A stretch of 64,000 nucleotides of DNA from Candidatus Bathyarchaeota archaeon. Lineage in GTDB: Archaea > Thermoproteota > Bathyarchaeia > Bathyarchaeales > Bathycorpusculaceae. The stretch is taken from contig CAWABA010000006.1 of assembly GCA_963780185.1 (NCBI GenBank), positions 544,001 through 608,000 of the forward strand, in the 5' to 3' direction. Position 1 is the stretch's first letter, and each line of letters starts with the position of its first letter. Under the pieces are notes generated by a model. It saw nothing but the letters and a program-made list of their open reading frames with translations, was not told the DNA's origin and ran no database searches. Positions 8,024 through 17,700 of the stretch are shown one piece after another. Both the position numbers and the translations under genes were made by a program.

Positions 8024-10430
8024 ATCACTTTTAAGCATAGTTTTAATAGCCTTAATGGTTAGTTCATCGGTTTTGTTTGGCACTGGCTCAAATAACGGGC
8101 ATTTATATGCTTTTGGTGCAATTCCTTTGGCTGCTCCGAACGTGTCTGCTTCGCCTGGCACGGTGGATCAGGGTCAGACTAGCAGTTTGACCTCTACTGC
8201 TGTGACATCAGGCACTTCTCCGTACACGTATCAGTGGTTTGCGAGGGCTCCAAGCGGAACCTATGCCAAGGTGGGTACGAGTTCGGCGAGTTACAGCTTT
8301 GTGACCACGAGTTCTACGACTACGGGCAGCTGGAGCTTCATACTTCAGGTGACAGACAGCACGAGCGCAGCCGTGAATACTACTGCGACTTCAGTTACGG
8401 TTGATCCTGCGTTGGTAGCTCCGACGGTGACGGCTGCTCCAGTTACCGTTAATCAGGGCCAGACTTCTGCTTTGACTTTTTCCACAGTGACCGCTGGCTC
8501 TGGAGGTTATACATATCAGTGGTTCGCAAAGGCTTCTGGTGCTGGTTCTTACTCGCTGATTAGCGGTGCGACTTCACTCAGTTACAGCTTTTCAACCACG
8601 GCGTCTACGGCTGCTGGCAGCTGGGGCTTCTTATTGCAGGTTAATGACAGCACGAGTGCATCTGTTAATACTACTGCGGCTTCAGTCACGGTGAATTCTG
8701 CTTTGGTAGCGCCTAGAGTGACGCCTACTCCGGCTGTGGTTGACCAGGGGCAAACTTCAGTTTTGACTTCTGCAGCTGTTTCATCCGGCACTAGTCCGTA
8801 CACTTATCAGTGGCTGGAGAAGGCGCCCGGAGGCGCATACGTTGATGTGGGCTCGAATTCAGCGAGTTTCCACTTTAATACTACTGGTTCAACGGCTACG
8901 GGTGATTGGAACTTTGAGCTTCAAGTGACTGACAGTGCTAGTCCGACTGTGACGGTGACTTCAAGTCCTGTAAATGTTACGGTGGATTCTGCTTTGGTTG
9001 CTCCGACGGTGACCGCTGCTCATGTTAAGATTGACGAAGGCCAGACGTCAGTTTTATCTTCTTCCGCGGTGACCACTGGCTCTGGTGGCTACAAATATCA
9101 GTGGTTTGCAAAGGCTCCAAGAGGAAGCTACGCTACAGTAGGCACAAACGCTGCGAGCTACAACTTTGTGACCTCAGTTTCCAACGCTACGGGCGGTTGG
9201 GGTTTCATACTTCAGGTTACTGACAGCACGGGTTTGGCAGTAAATTCTACTGCGGTAATAGTGACCGTTAATGCGCGTGCTGCACTACCCTTTTGGGTAA
9301 TTTACGTGTTGATTGCCATCGTCGCAATAACAGTGCTCTTAATAATAATCTTGTTTGCGTGGCGCAGGCGCACGCGCAAAATGAGCACTAAGAAGGATCA
9401 ACCAGCCGATGACGCTGCTAAGAAGAAACAACCCGTCAATGTCGGCGTTGAGGTATCCAAAGTTGAGATCGCTGATAGTAAAGTAAAGTTTTTTGTTGCA
9501 AAAGGGCGCCGTAAAAAACATTGGGTTAGTGTTAAGGAAATTCCTATTCTTGAGATTGAGCACATTGAAAGTTCTGACAACCAGTTAACCGTCACATGGA
9601 AAGGCGTCGCTGACTCGTTTTATACAAAGGATAAAATTGTCTCGTTCACCGCGCTGGTGGAGCAGGTTAATGGGATACTTGAAGAACAACGCGCAAACCA
9701 GCTGAAAACAGCCGAAGCTAACGAGAAAAACACCCAGAGAAAGAACGAGTTGCAGGCGGTAATCGAAAAGTCAATCCATATAGTTGACTCATCATTCGAC
9801 GTCTTGATCGGGCTGCAGGATAAACGGATAAGTTGGCCGCAAGTAGAAGCCTTCGCAAACGAATTGAGCACAAACCTGAATTTCACCGGGCAAACCTTAC
9901 CGCCACTGGTTCTGGATTACTCAAAAATCGTCTCCGCTGTTAAAGCACAGGTGCCGAGGGATGCTTCAAAGGAAGCCTTCGACATCCTGAAAGCATTAAA
10001 CGGGTACTTCGATGCTTTAAAACCTGAAGAAGACGCCAAAGAAAACCCGCTTAATTTTCAGACAACCAAAACATTGATTTCAGTCTATTTCATGTTAAAC
10101 GACCTTTTGCTGGCCAGGTTCGTAGGCGACAAAACCAACAGCAGAGAAATCGGCGAGCTTGAAGCGGCGCTGCAAAGTTTGGCTGAGGTTAACTTCAAAG
10201 TTGATGTTGAAGCGCTTAAGGGAAGCATAAGCGTGGAGGGAGAGAAACAAGTGGCCATTGATGACAGCCGCGCAATTTTCAAAGATCAGCTGAAGAAGCT
10301 TTCTGAACTTGCCTTCATAGTCAAAGAAGTTCCTGTTCAAGCTTCAGAAACTCAGCCCTTAGAAGAGGCGCCTTCGGAAGATTTACAGCCGCTAACGTCG
10401 GAACCGTCAGATATTAGAAAAGATAATTAA
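8016..10430 (+). CDS. single-pass membrane protein: signal peptide, four ~96-aa Ig/PKD-like repeats, TM helix, ~350-aa cytoplasmic domain
   Basis: Repeats of APTV...QGQTS.L...YTYQW...W.F.LQVTDS; TM FWVIYVLIAIVAITVLLIIILFAW followed by RRRTRK; ATG 8016 after GGAGG. Confidence 0.85.
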   Translation: MNKSLLSIVLIALMVSSSVLFGTGSNNGHLYAFGAIPLAAPNVSASPGTVDQGQTSSLTSTAVTSGTSPYTYQWFARAPSGTYAKVGTSSASYSFVTTSSTTTGSWSFILQVTDSTSAAVNTTATSVTVDPALVAPTVTAAPVTVNQGQTSALTFSTVTAGSGGYTYQWFAKASGAGSYSLISGATSLSYSFSTTASTAAGSWGFLLQVNDSTSASVNTTAASVTVNSALVAPRVTPTPAVVDQGQTSVLTSAAVSSGTSPYTYQWLEKAPGGAYVDVGSNSASFHFNTTGSTATGDWNFELQVTDSASPTVTVTSSPVNVTVDSALVAPTVTAAHVKIDEGQTSVLSSSAVTTGSGGYKYQWFAKAPRGSYATVGTNAASYNFVTSVSNATGGWGFILQVTDSTGLAVNSTAVIVTVNARAALPFWVIYVLIAIVAITVLLIIILFAWRRRTRKMSTKKDQPADDAAKKKQPVNVGVEVSKVEIADSKVKFFVAKGRRKKHWVSVKEIPILEIEHIESSDNQLTVTWKGVADSFYTKDKIVSFTALVEQVNGILEEQRANQLKTAEANEKNTQRKNELQAVIEKSIHIVDSSFDVLIGLQDKRISWPQVEAFANELSTNLNFTGQTLPPLVLDYSKIVSAVKAQVPRDASKEAFDILKALNGYFDALKPEEDAKENPLNFQTTKTLISVYFMLNDLLLARFVGDKTNSREIGELEAALQSLAEVNFKVDVEALKGSISVEGEKQVAIDDSRAIFKDQLKKLSELAFIVKEVPVQASETQPLEEAPSEDLQPLTSEPSDIRKDN

Positions 10431-10503
10431 CAATACGTATGGATATGACTCTACTGCGATATTACTTGGAGATTCGCTAGCTTTATCTATAAAGCATCTC
10501 AAT

Positions 10504-11100
10504 ATGAGTTCAGACAAGTGGGGGATAAGTAAATTGGCTAAGAATCCACAATCAAAGGACGACTCCTTAGAGGCCTTAGATTTCATTGTAAACGTTCTCA
10601 AAGAACATGAAAAAGACCTAGACAAATTGATCAATGAGTTAGCAACCGTAACCGAGCAGCTTGGAGACACAGGCGACCTTGGCGGCAAAGTAGAAAAAGT
10701 TGAAGAAAAAATAACCAGCTTACAGAAAGAAGTCGCAGGCATGATGAGTTACATCTCAGGCGTCGCACCCAGAGAAGCATTACCGATGACGAAAGAATCG
10801 CAGGAAGCCATACCAGCAGCTTCACCAGCGCCAGCACAGGCAGGGGCGGGAGGGCCCTCGGTGGTTTTAAGGTGCAAGCAATGGGAAGACTTCCAAAACT
10901 TGGCGTTCCAAGCTCAAACACTGTCTTTCACCTACAAGGAAGAAGAAAAAATCTTTCAGGCAGACGCCCTCAAAGGAAACAGAATAATCACTTACAGCGG
11001 CACGCTTCCAAAGTTCTCTCAAATCTTAAAAGCGTGGCTTTCCAAGGAACTGGGTATCCAGGAAAGAAGCATCCTTGAAGGCGTTCTAGCTATAAGCTAA
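10504..11100 (+). CDS. hypothetical protein with N-terminal coiled coil
   Basis: 198 aa ORF with typical codon usage and TATA-like TTTATCTATAAA upstream. Confidence 0.8.
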   Translation: MSSDKWGISKLAKNPQSKDDSLEALDFIVNVLKEHEKDLDKLINELATVTEQLGDTGDLGGKVEKVEEKITSLQKEVAGMMSYISGVAPREALPMTKESQEAIPAASPAPAQAGAGGPSVVLRCKQWEDFQNLAFQAQTLSFTYKEEEKIFQADALKGNRIITYSGTLPKFSQILKAWLSKELGIQERSILEGVLAIS

Positions 11101-11149
11101 ATCTGAATTTTCAATTCTTAAACCTTATATTCTTTTCTCGGTATCTTAG

Positions 11150-11640
11150 TCCTGTCAGTGATGGAGGGCTAATCAAGGTTGAAGGCTAAACCACCTACTA
11201 AGCCAAAAAGTTTTTTCCGTTTTCGAAGCCTTCTCCTTTCTCCTCGATGACGGATGGCACTGGTAGCCAACATACAAGAAAGCCCTCCATCACCAACATT
11301 GTAGATAAAACCGCTAAGCGTACCCAACATGTCCAGGATGAGGGAAGCAAATTACGCCAAGACTTAAATCCAATCGGCAACAATCATACCTTGGTTGATT
11401 TGTTTGGCTGTTGATGTTTCAAGAGCAAAGAAACCGAAGCTTCCCAAAAAGCGGTTGCTGAAGAAAACAAATAGAAGATAAATGAGCACGCAAGCCCTGC
11501 CTTCTGCGAGATTTTTGATTTGCCAGCAAGGAACATGCCGAAAAAAGGGAGCGCCCCGCGCTAACGGTGCTGTTCTCAAAAAGGGAATTCGCCAAAAGTG
11601 CGCGATTTCCGCCGATTGGAAGGAAAGCAGGTTTGCCTGC
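11150..11640 (+). ncRNA. candidate large structured non-coding RNA (unassigned)
   Basis: TATA-like TTATAT 11125-11130; 13-bp stem 11158-11170/11281-11293; 10-bp stem 11369-11378/11611-11620; many internal hairpins; A-rich loops on + strand; terminal hairpin 11627-11640. Confidence 0.55.
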
Positions 11641-11643
11641 GAC

Positions 11644-12168
11644 TTACTTGGGTGTTGTCAGGTATTTGAGGTGGAACGGTTTGATTACGATTCCAGTTTT
11701 TAAGTCAGCGTGGAAAGTTTGGCTTTCGATAACCCAATCAGATAGTTCTGAATCGTGTGCCCTTATGAATTCGGCGAAATTCGAGAAGTCTTCATGAAGC
11801 GAAATGCAGACTGCATCCCAGCCCATTCCTCTGCCGTCCAAAACCAATATTACGCTAGGTTGTTTGAGGTACCAATCTTTCATTTTCTGTAAGGCTTCAG
11901 TTTTCTCGTCGCCTGTTTTTAGTTTGAGTTTGCTTTTTAGAAAAGTGAAGGCTGCTATTTCAAACCCTATTTGCCCGAATTTTGGGATAACTGTGTATCC
12001 TTCGATGTAGTTGTCTTCAAGCATGGCTCTTCTTCGTGTAACCGTAGGTTGAGAGACACCTAGGGATTTGGCTAGTTGCCTATCGCTTCTATGCGAGTCT
12101 TTCATTAACTCAAAAAGTATTTTGTAATCTATCGGTTTCAGTTCTTTCATTGCAACCAACTTTACCAT
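11644..12168 (-). CDS. Lrp/AsnC family transcriptional regulator
   Basis: IDYKILFELMKDSHRSDRQLAKSLGVSQPTVTRRR HTH followed by GYTVIP. Confidence 0.9.
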   Translation of the reverse strand: MVKLVAMKELKPIDYKILFELMKDSHRSDRQLAKSLGVSQPTVTRRRAMLEDNYIEGYTVIPKFGQIGFEIAAFTFLKSKLKLKTGDEKTEALQKMKDWYLKQPSVILVLDGRGMGWDAVCISLHEDFSNFAEFIRAHDSELSDWVIESQTFHADLKTGIVIKPFHLKYLTTPK

Positions 12169-12344
12169 TCATGACGTTTTTGTTATCATATATAAATCTT
12201 GACAAAAATTTTACGTAAAGTTGAAGGTAGAACAGATAAGCAGTTCCATTGTTGGTTTAAGTATAATTTGGTGATGTGAAGCATAGACAAATACTTTTAA
12301 GAGAAAAAGCAGGTATAGAACAACTTAACAGGAGCTTCAAGTCT

Positions 12345-13703
12345 ATGTCACCCCAAATTTTAAACGAAGTTGAACAGGAAGTCACAGAACTTCTCTGCAA
12401 CCTAATACGAATAAACACGACCAACCCGCCAGGCAACGAAACAGCAGCGGCAAACTACATAGCCCAGTACCTGGGCAAAGACGGTTTAAAGACTGAAGTT
12501 ATCGAAACCGCGCCTGGAAGAAGCAGCGTTATTGCACGACTAAAGGGGACGGGGGAAAAACCCAGCCTCCTTTTACTGTCACACCTCGACGTGGTTGCAG
12601 CTAACAGCCAAGAATGGACCGTTGACCCGTTTGCTGGAGCAGTAAAGGACGGTTACGTTTACGGCAGAGGCGCCTACGACATGAAATCCATGACAGCCAT
12701 CGAAGTCATGGTAATGAAGCTTCTGAACAAAAACCATGTTACGCTCAAAGGCGACGTGGTTTTGGCAGGCACTCCTGACGAGGAACAGGGAGGGGAAGAA
12801 GGAGCAGGCTACCTTCTAAAAAACTACAAAGAGAAAGTCTTATGCCCCTACGTAATCAACGAAGGCGGCGGATTAGCTTTCCCATCAAAAAAAGGCTACG
12901 TGTTTCCAGTGCAGACAGCGGAGAAAGGCATCCTTTGGCTTAGAGTAAAAGCGAAGGGGACGCCTGGTCATGGGTCTATGCCTAACACGGCTGATAACGC
13001 TGTTATTCGCATGAACAAAGTCATTGATAAACTGGCGAACTATAAGCCGCCGACCATTTATGTTCCCACCCTGAAAAAGTTTCTCGCTGAAATGGGAAAG
13101 CAAGATAAAGAGCTACAGGAAGCTTTTTCATATCTGCTCGCAAACCCGACGCAAAGCGAACAGATTCTGGACCAACTCGCAAAAAAGGACAGCGCCCTGG
13201 CAGAGGAAATTAGGCCAAGAACCAAAATGACTATTGCGCCCACGATGATTCACGGCGGAGTTAAGGAAAACATTATTCCTTCAGATTGCGAAGCAGTGTT
13301 TGACTGCAGAATTCTTCCGGGGCAAAGCATCGACGAAACTATTGATTTAATCAAGGGTCTGCTCAAAGATGTGGGGTTGGATAAGCTGAGTTTCGAGTTT
13401 ATTCAGGCGCATGGCGGCTCAGAATCATCCATGGATACGGAACTCTACAGCACCATCACGAGTGTTCTAAGAGAGTTTGAACCGGGATGTGGAGTGACGC
13501 CGACCTTGACCACTGGCGGCACCGACTCACGTTTCTTCAGGGAACTTGGTAGCGTATGCTACGGGTTCCAACCTATGATTCCCGACGAACCCAACGACCA
13601 GCTGGAAAAACGAATGCACGGCATAGACGAACGTATAACAATAAACAACCTGGTTTACGGAACAAGCGTGCTTTACGAAACAGTGAAGAGATTCATGACC
13701 TAA
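12345..13703 (+). CDS. M20/M25/M40 family metallopeptidase
   Basis: SHLDVV, GRGAYDMK, DEE, GHGS, GGTD and HGIDERI motifs. Confidence 0.93.
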   Translation: MSPQILNEVEQEVTELLCNLIRINTTNPPGNETAAANYIAQYLGKDGLKTEVIETAPGRSSVIARLKGTGEKPSLLLLSHLDVVAANSQEWTVDPFAGAVKDGYVYGRGAYDMKSMTAIEVMVMKLLNKNHVTLKGDVVLAGTPDEEQGGEEGAGYLLKNYKEKVLCPYVINEGGGLAFPSKKGYVFPVQTAEKGILWLRVKAKGTPGHGSMPNTADNAVIRMNKVIDKLANYKPPTIYVPTLKKFLAEMGKQDKELQEAFSYLLANPTQSEQILDQLAKKDSALAEEIRPRTKMTIAPTMIHGGVKENIIPSDCEAVFDCRILPGQSIDETIDLIKGLLKDVGLDKLSFEFIQAHGGSESSMDTELYSTITSVLREFEPGCGVTPTLTTGGTDSRFFRELGSVCYGFQPMIPDEPNDQLEKRMHGIDERITINNLVYGTSVLYETVKRFMT

Positions 13704-13734
13704 GCGGTTAAAGACTGATTTTTTCAATGGAACT

Positions 13735-14079
13735 TTAGGTTCTCGACCGCAAAAGCGAGCGAATGCTTGAGAAAGCTACATACAGAAGATAGATGGCACA
13801 GAAAACAGTTACTCCTATCTCAGAGTTCAGAATTATCGGGTTTTTTTCAATTCCAAGAAAGGCGCCTTGAGAGGATATCCGAAGAAAGACCAGAAATTGC
13901 AGAAACACACTTCCTGCCAAACAGCCTATGCCTATACTGTGAAAAGCTAACCGTAAACCAAATGTGTGTTCAGTGGGCTTGCCATTAACCATTGTTTTAA
14001 AAATCCCCTTAACTTGAACAAAAAGAGCGATTGAAGGTATAGAAGTATGCAGGTTATCATAAAGATTTGTTGTAGTCAA
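13735..14079 (-). CDS. small membrane protein (start uncertain)
   Basis: Two hydrophobic segments in the C-terminal half. Confidence 0.5.
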   Translation of the reverse strand: MTTTNLYDNLHTSIPSIALFVQVKGIFKTMVNGKPTEHTFGLRLAFHSIGIGCLAGSVFLQFLVFLRISSQGAFLGIEKNPIILNSEIGVTVFCAIYLLYVAFSSIRSLLRSRT

Positions 14080-14192
14080 ATGTTACTCACTCAATGATTG
14101 ATTGTTAATCAAGTGATTTTTGTTGCTTCGCACGATTGCATGAATATACAAAAACTTAAAATTGGATGTTCACGAAGTGATTGCGGGTAAAA

Positions 14193-14579
14193 ATGGCTAG
14201 AAAATCTCTCGCTTTAGCGCTCATCATAGTGTTGGTTGTATCGATGTCTTTAGCGTTCATCTTGCCGAATTCCTCACTTCTTGGCCCAAAAAAATCTAAC
14301 AGCGACACAAAATATGCCGGCTACACCGCGATACCGCTGTACAATAACACTAATACTAACGTGCAGGTTGGAAGCTACAATTACGCTTTCGCCTATCACC
14401 CGACGACCATTATTAACAATTCCACGATTGAGGGATCCCTTACGATTTGCAGGCAAGGCATCTTAACGCCAACAGAGTTTCCATTGACTACAAACACATC
14501 ACATGATTACTATACAGTGACGTTTGCCATAACAAAAATCAATTCTAACTACATCACCGTAATGGTAAACGTAATTTAG
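14193..14579 (+). CDS. small secreted/membrane-anchored hypothetical protein
   Basis: N-terminal hydrophobic helix; N/T-rich body with N-glycosylation sequons. Confidence 0.6.
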   Translation: MARKSLALALIIVLVVSMSLAFILPNSSLLGPKKSNSDTKYAGYTAIPLYNNTNTNVQVGSYNYAFAYHPTTIINNSTIEGSLTICRQGILTPTEFPLTTNTSHDYYTVTFAITKINSNYITVMVNVI

Positions 14580-14724
14580 AAGCCAAATAAATCGGCTAAG
14601 TTGGCAAGCAACTTACGGAAAATATTCTTGATTTTTTGCTTGAGACAAAAAAGAAGTTTAAGTTTTCTTTCCACAAAAAAGAAAGAAAAATGAAATTGTG
14701 GGAGTTTTTGGTTTGTTTTTGAGT

Positions 14725-17700
14725 TTACTTGGTTTTCTTTCGTCTGCTTATCATTATGCCCGCTAATGCGATTACTACTGCAACGATGACTACGACTGCA
14801 ACTATGTAATACAGTGTGTTCGGAGTTGGCGCTGGAGTTGCTGTTGGAGTTGTTGTTGATGAGGGTGCTGAGAACTGTATGTCGATTTGGTGAGTGCTGA
14901 AGTGCGTTGTGAACCATACGTAGTAGTTGGTTCCGTCTTGGCTGAAGCCTTGGTTTGCTGCGAGTTGCCCATCGATGTATACTGACGGAACTGTGCCGAT
15001 GGCTATATCGGATATTGGAAGGGTCATGTTGATGAAGCCTGAGCTTCCGCTTTGGCCATTTATTGTGAATCGCACTGCTGTTGTAGAGTTGCTTGAGTAG
15101 GATGTGATTGTCATGCCAGATAGTGTTGCATTACCAGTTACCTGTATGTTGACGGATGTGTTGGTTGAAGTTAAGGTTGCAGGCACCGTGAACGTTGCTG
15201 AGGCGCTCATTGGCGCGTAGGTGGCGGTGATTGAGTGTGTGCCCAATACGTTTGTGAAGGTGTGGGTGGTCGGTGTGCCGACTGAGGAGCCGTCGACTTT
15301 GACATCAGTGATGTAGTATCCGCTTGTCGGGGTTATAGTGAAGGTTTGGCTTGAACCGTAGTTCACTGAACTTGTGCCGGGGCTTATTGTTCCACCGCTG
15401 GTCTGAGTGACGGTGATTTGATATGTGATTAGGGCGAAGTTTGCTGTGATTGTTCCTGCTCCAGTTATGGTTGCTGTCGTGGTAGCTGAGGATACGCTTG
15501 CAATTGAGTTACCGCCGCCTGACCATGACCCAAAGTTGTAGCCTGTGTTTGCGGTAGAGGAGAGTGAGATGACTCCTACGTTTTCCCATTGTGTACCTGA
15601 AGGTGATGTTGTTCCAGCGCTAGCGGGGCTAACGGCGAAGGTGATTTGGTACTGGTGAGCGTATATTGGCACAATGGTAAGGGTGGCTGAGACTGTTCCG
15701 ATGATGCCGTTTGATGGAACCCACTGTTGAGTGCCGCTTGTGATTGTGTTGTTGACGGCCCATGTTGAGCCTGCATCTAACCAAGGCAACTGCGTGGCTG
15801 TAGTCAAGGTCAAGCTGAAAGCGCTACTTCCGTATTGGGTGCCTGTCAGTATGATGCTTGAGGTTGGTGTCGAGTTGTCTGATGTGGTGTAGTTGGCTGG
15901 GATTTGGTATTGGTTGTAGTATGATGGATTAGCCGTTGCGGTTGCAGTTACGGATGAGAGCGCAGTGTATGTGCCTGCGTCCGCTGAAGTGACAATCCAG
16001 CGTTCGTTGCTGCTAACTATTGGGCTGTTATATTTCAATGCGGAGCCCGCGTCTGCCCAAACCTTTGCCGTTGCGGTTGGAGCCAAAGTTGGGGTGGCAG
16101 TTTGCCCTGCGGTGCCGAAGCTGGTGTATGAGGCGACGTTGGTGACGGTTGGGTTGCCTGCTGGTGTGTTAGCTATTGAGTATTCGAGTGTTAGCTGGAA
16201 TTGGTTGTAGTAGGTTGGTTTCACTGTGGCTGCGGAAGTGACTGATGATACGGCTGTGTAGGTAGTGCTGTCGGCTGATGTGACTATCCAGCGTTCTGTG
16301 CCGCTGACTATTGGACTTGAGTAGGTAACTGCGGACCCTGCATCAGCCCAAACCGTTGTTGTAGCGGTAAGCGCCGGAGTTGCAGTTAACCCTGCAGTTC
16401 CTAAGCTGGTGTATGTGACAATGTTTGTTACTGTTGGAGTGCCAGCTGGTGTGTTAGCGATCGAGTACTCTAATGTTAGCTGGAATTGGTTGTAGTATGC
16501 GGGGTTCACTGTTGCGGCGGCAGTAACTGATGAAACTGCTGTGTAGGTAGTGCTGTCAGCCGAAGTGACGATCCAGCGTTCTGAGCCGCTAACGATCGGG
16601 CTTGCGTAAGTAACCGCAGACCCTGCATCAGCCCAAACCGTTGTTGTAGCGGTTGGAGCTACGGCGGGAGTCGCTGTCAAGCCAGCTGTGCCTAAGCCAG
16701 TGTATGACACTATGTTAGTAACTGTGGGTGTTCCAACTGGAGAGTTAACGATGTTGTACTCGAGGGTTAGCTGGAACTGGTTATAGTAGGATGGATTCAC
16801 GGTTGCAGCAGCTGTAACTGATGAAACAGCCGTGTATGTGGTGCTGTCAACTGAAGTAACGATCCAGCGTTCTGAGCCGCTAACTATTGGACTGTTGTAT
16901 CTAACTGCGGAGTTAGCGTCGACCCAAACTTGAGTTGTGGCGGTCAGGGCAGGAGTTGCAGTTGTGGCTGTGCCTAAGGTGGTGTATGAAACTATGTTTG
17001 TAACTGTGGGTGTGCCCGCTGGTGAGTTGGCAATGTTGTACTCCAATGTTAGTTGGTACTGGTGATAGTACATTGGCGCGATGGTAACGGCACTGTTTAC
17101 CGTTCCTGAGGTGCCTGATGAGGCGTCCCAACGTTGAGTGCTGCTTGTGATTGGGTTGTTAACGCTCCAAGCTGTGGTGGCGTCTAACCAGATACTTTGT
17201 GTAGTGGTGGTTAATGTCGCAGTGAAAGCGGAGCTGCCGGACTGAGTGCCAGACAATGTGACACTTACGGAAGGCGTAGAGGTGTCTGAGGTACTGTAGC
17301 TTGCTGTCACTTTGTACTGGTGATAGTAGAGTGGAGCAATAGCTGAAGATGCGCCCACTGTTCCGGAGGTGCCAGAGGTAGCGATCCAGTGCTCGGTGCC
17401 TGAAGCGGCAATCGGGTTATTTACACTCCATGTCGATCCGGCATCAAGCCATGGAGACTGTGTTTCAGTTGTAAGAGTCAAAGTGCCGCTACTGCCGAAT
17501 TGAGTGTCAGTTAGAACAACACTTGCGGAAGGCGTAGAGTTGTCAGAGGTACTGTAGCTTGAGGACACTTGGTACTGGTGATAGTATGATGGGTCCACGG
17601 TTGCAGCAGCTGTAACTGATGAAACAGCCGTGTATGTGGTGCTGTCAACTGAAGTAACGATCCAGCGTTCTGAGCCGCTAACGATCGGGCTTGCGTAAGT

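Noticed and set aside
11150-11640. RNase P RNA, SRP RNA or the short ORFs listed in the track
   Set aside because: No GAGGAA.NUCC/P4 or SRP helix-8 signature was found on either strand, and the short ORFs have no recognisable motifs.
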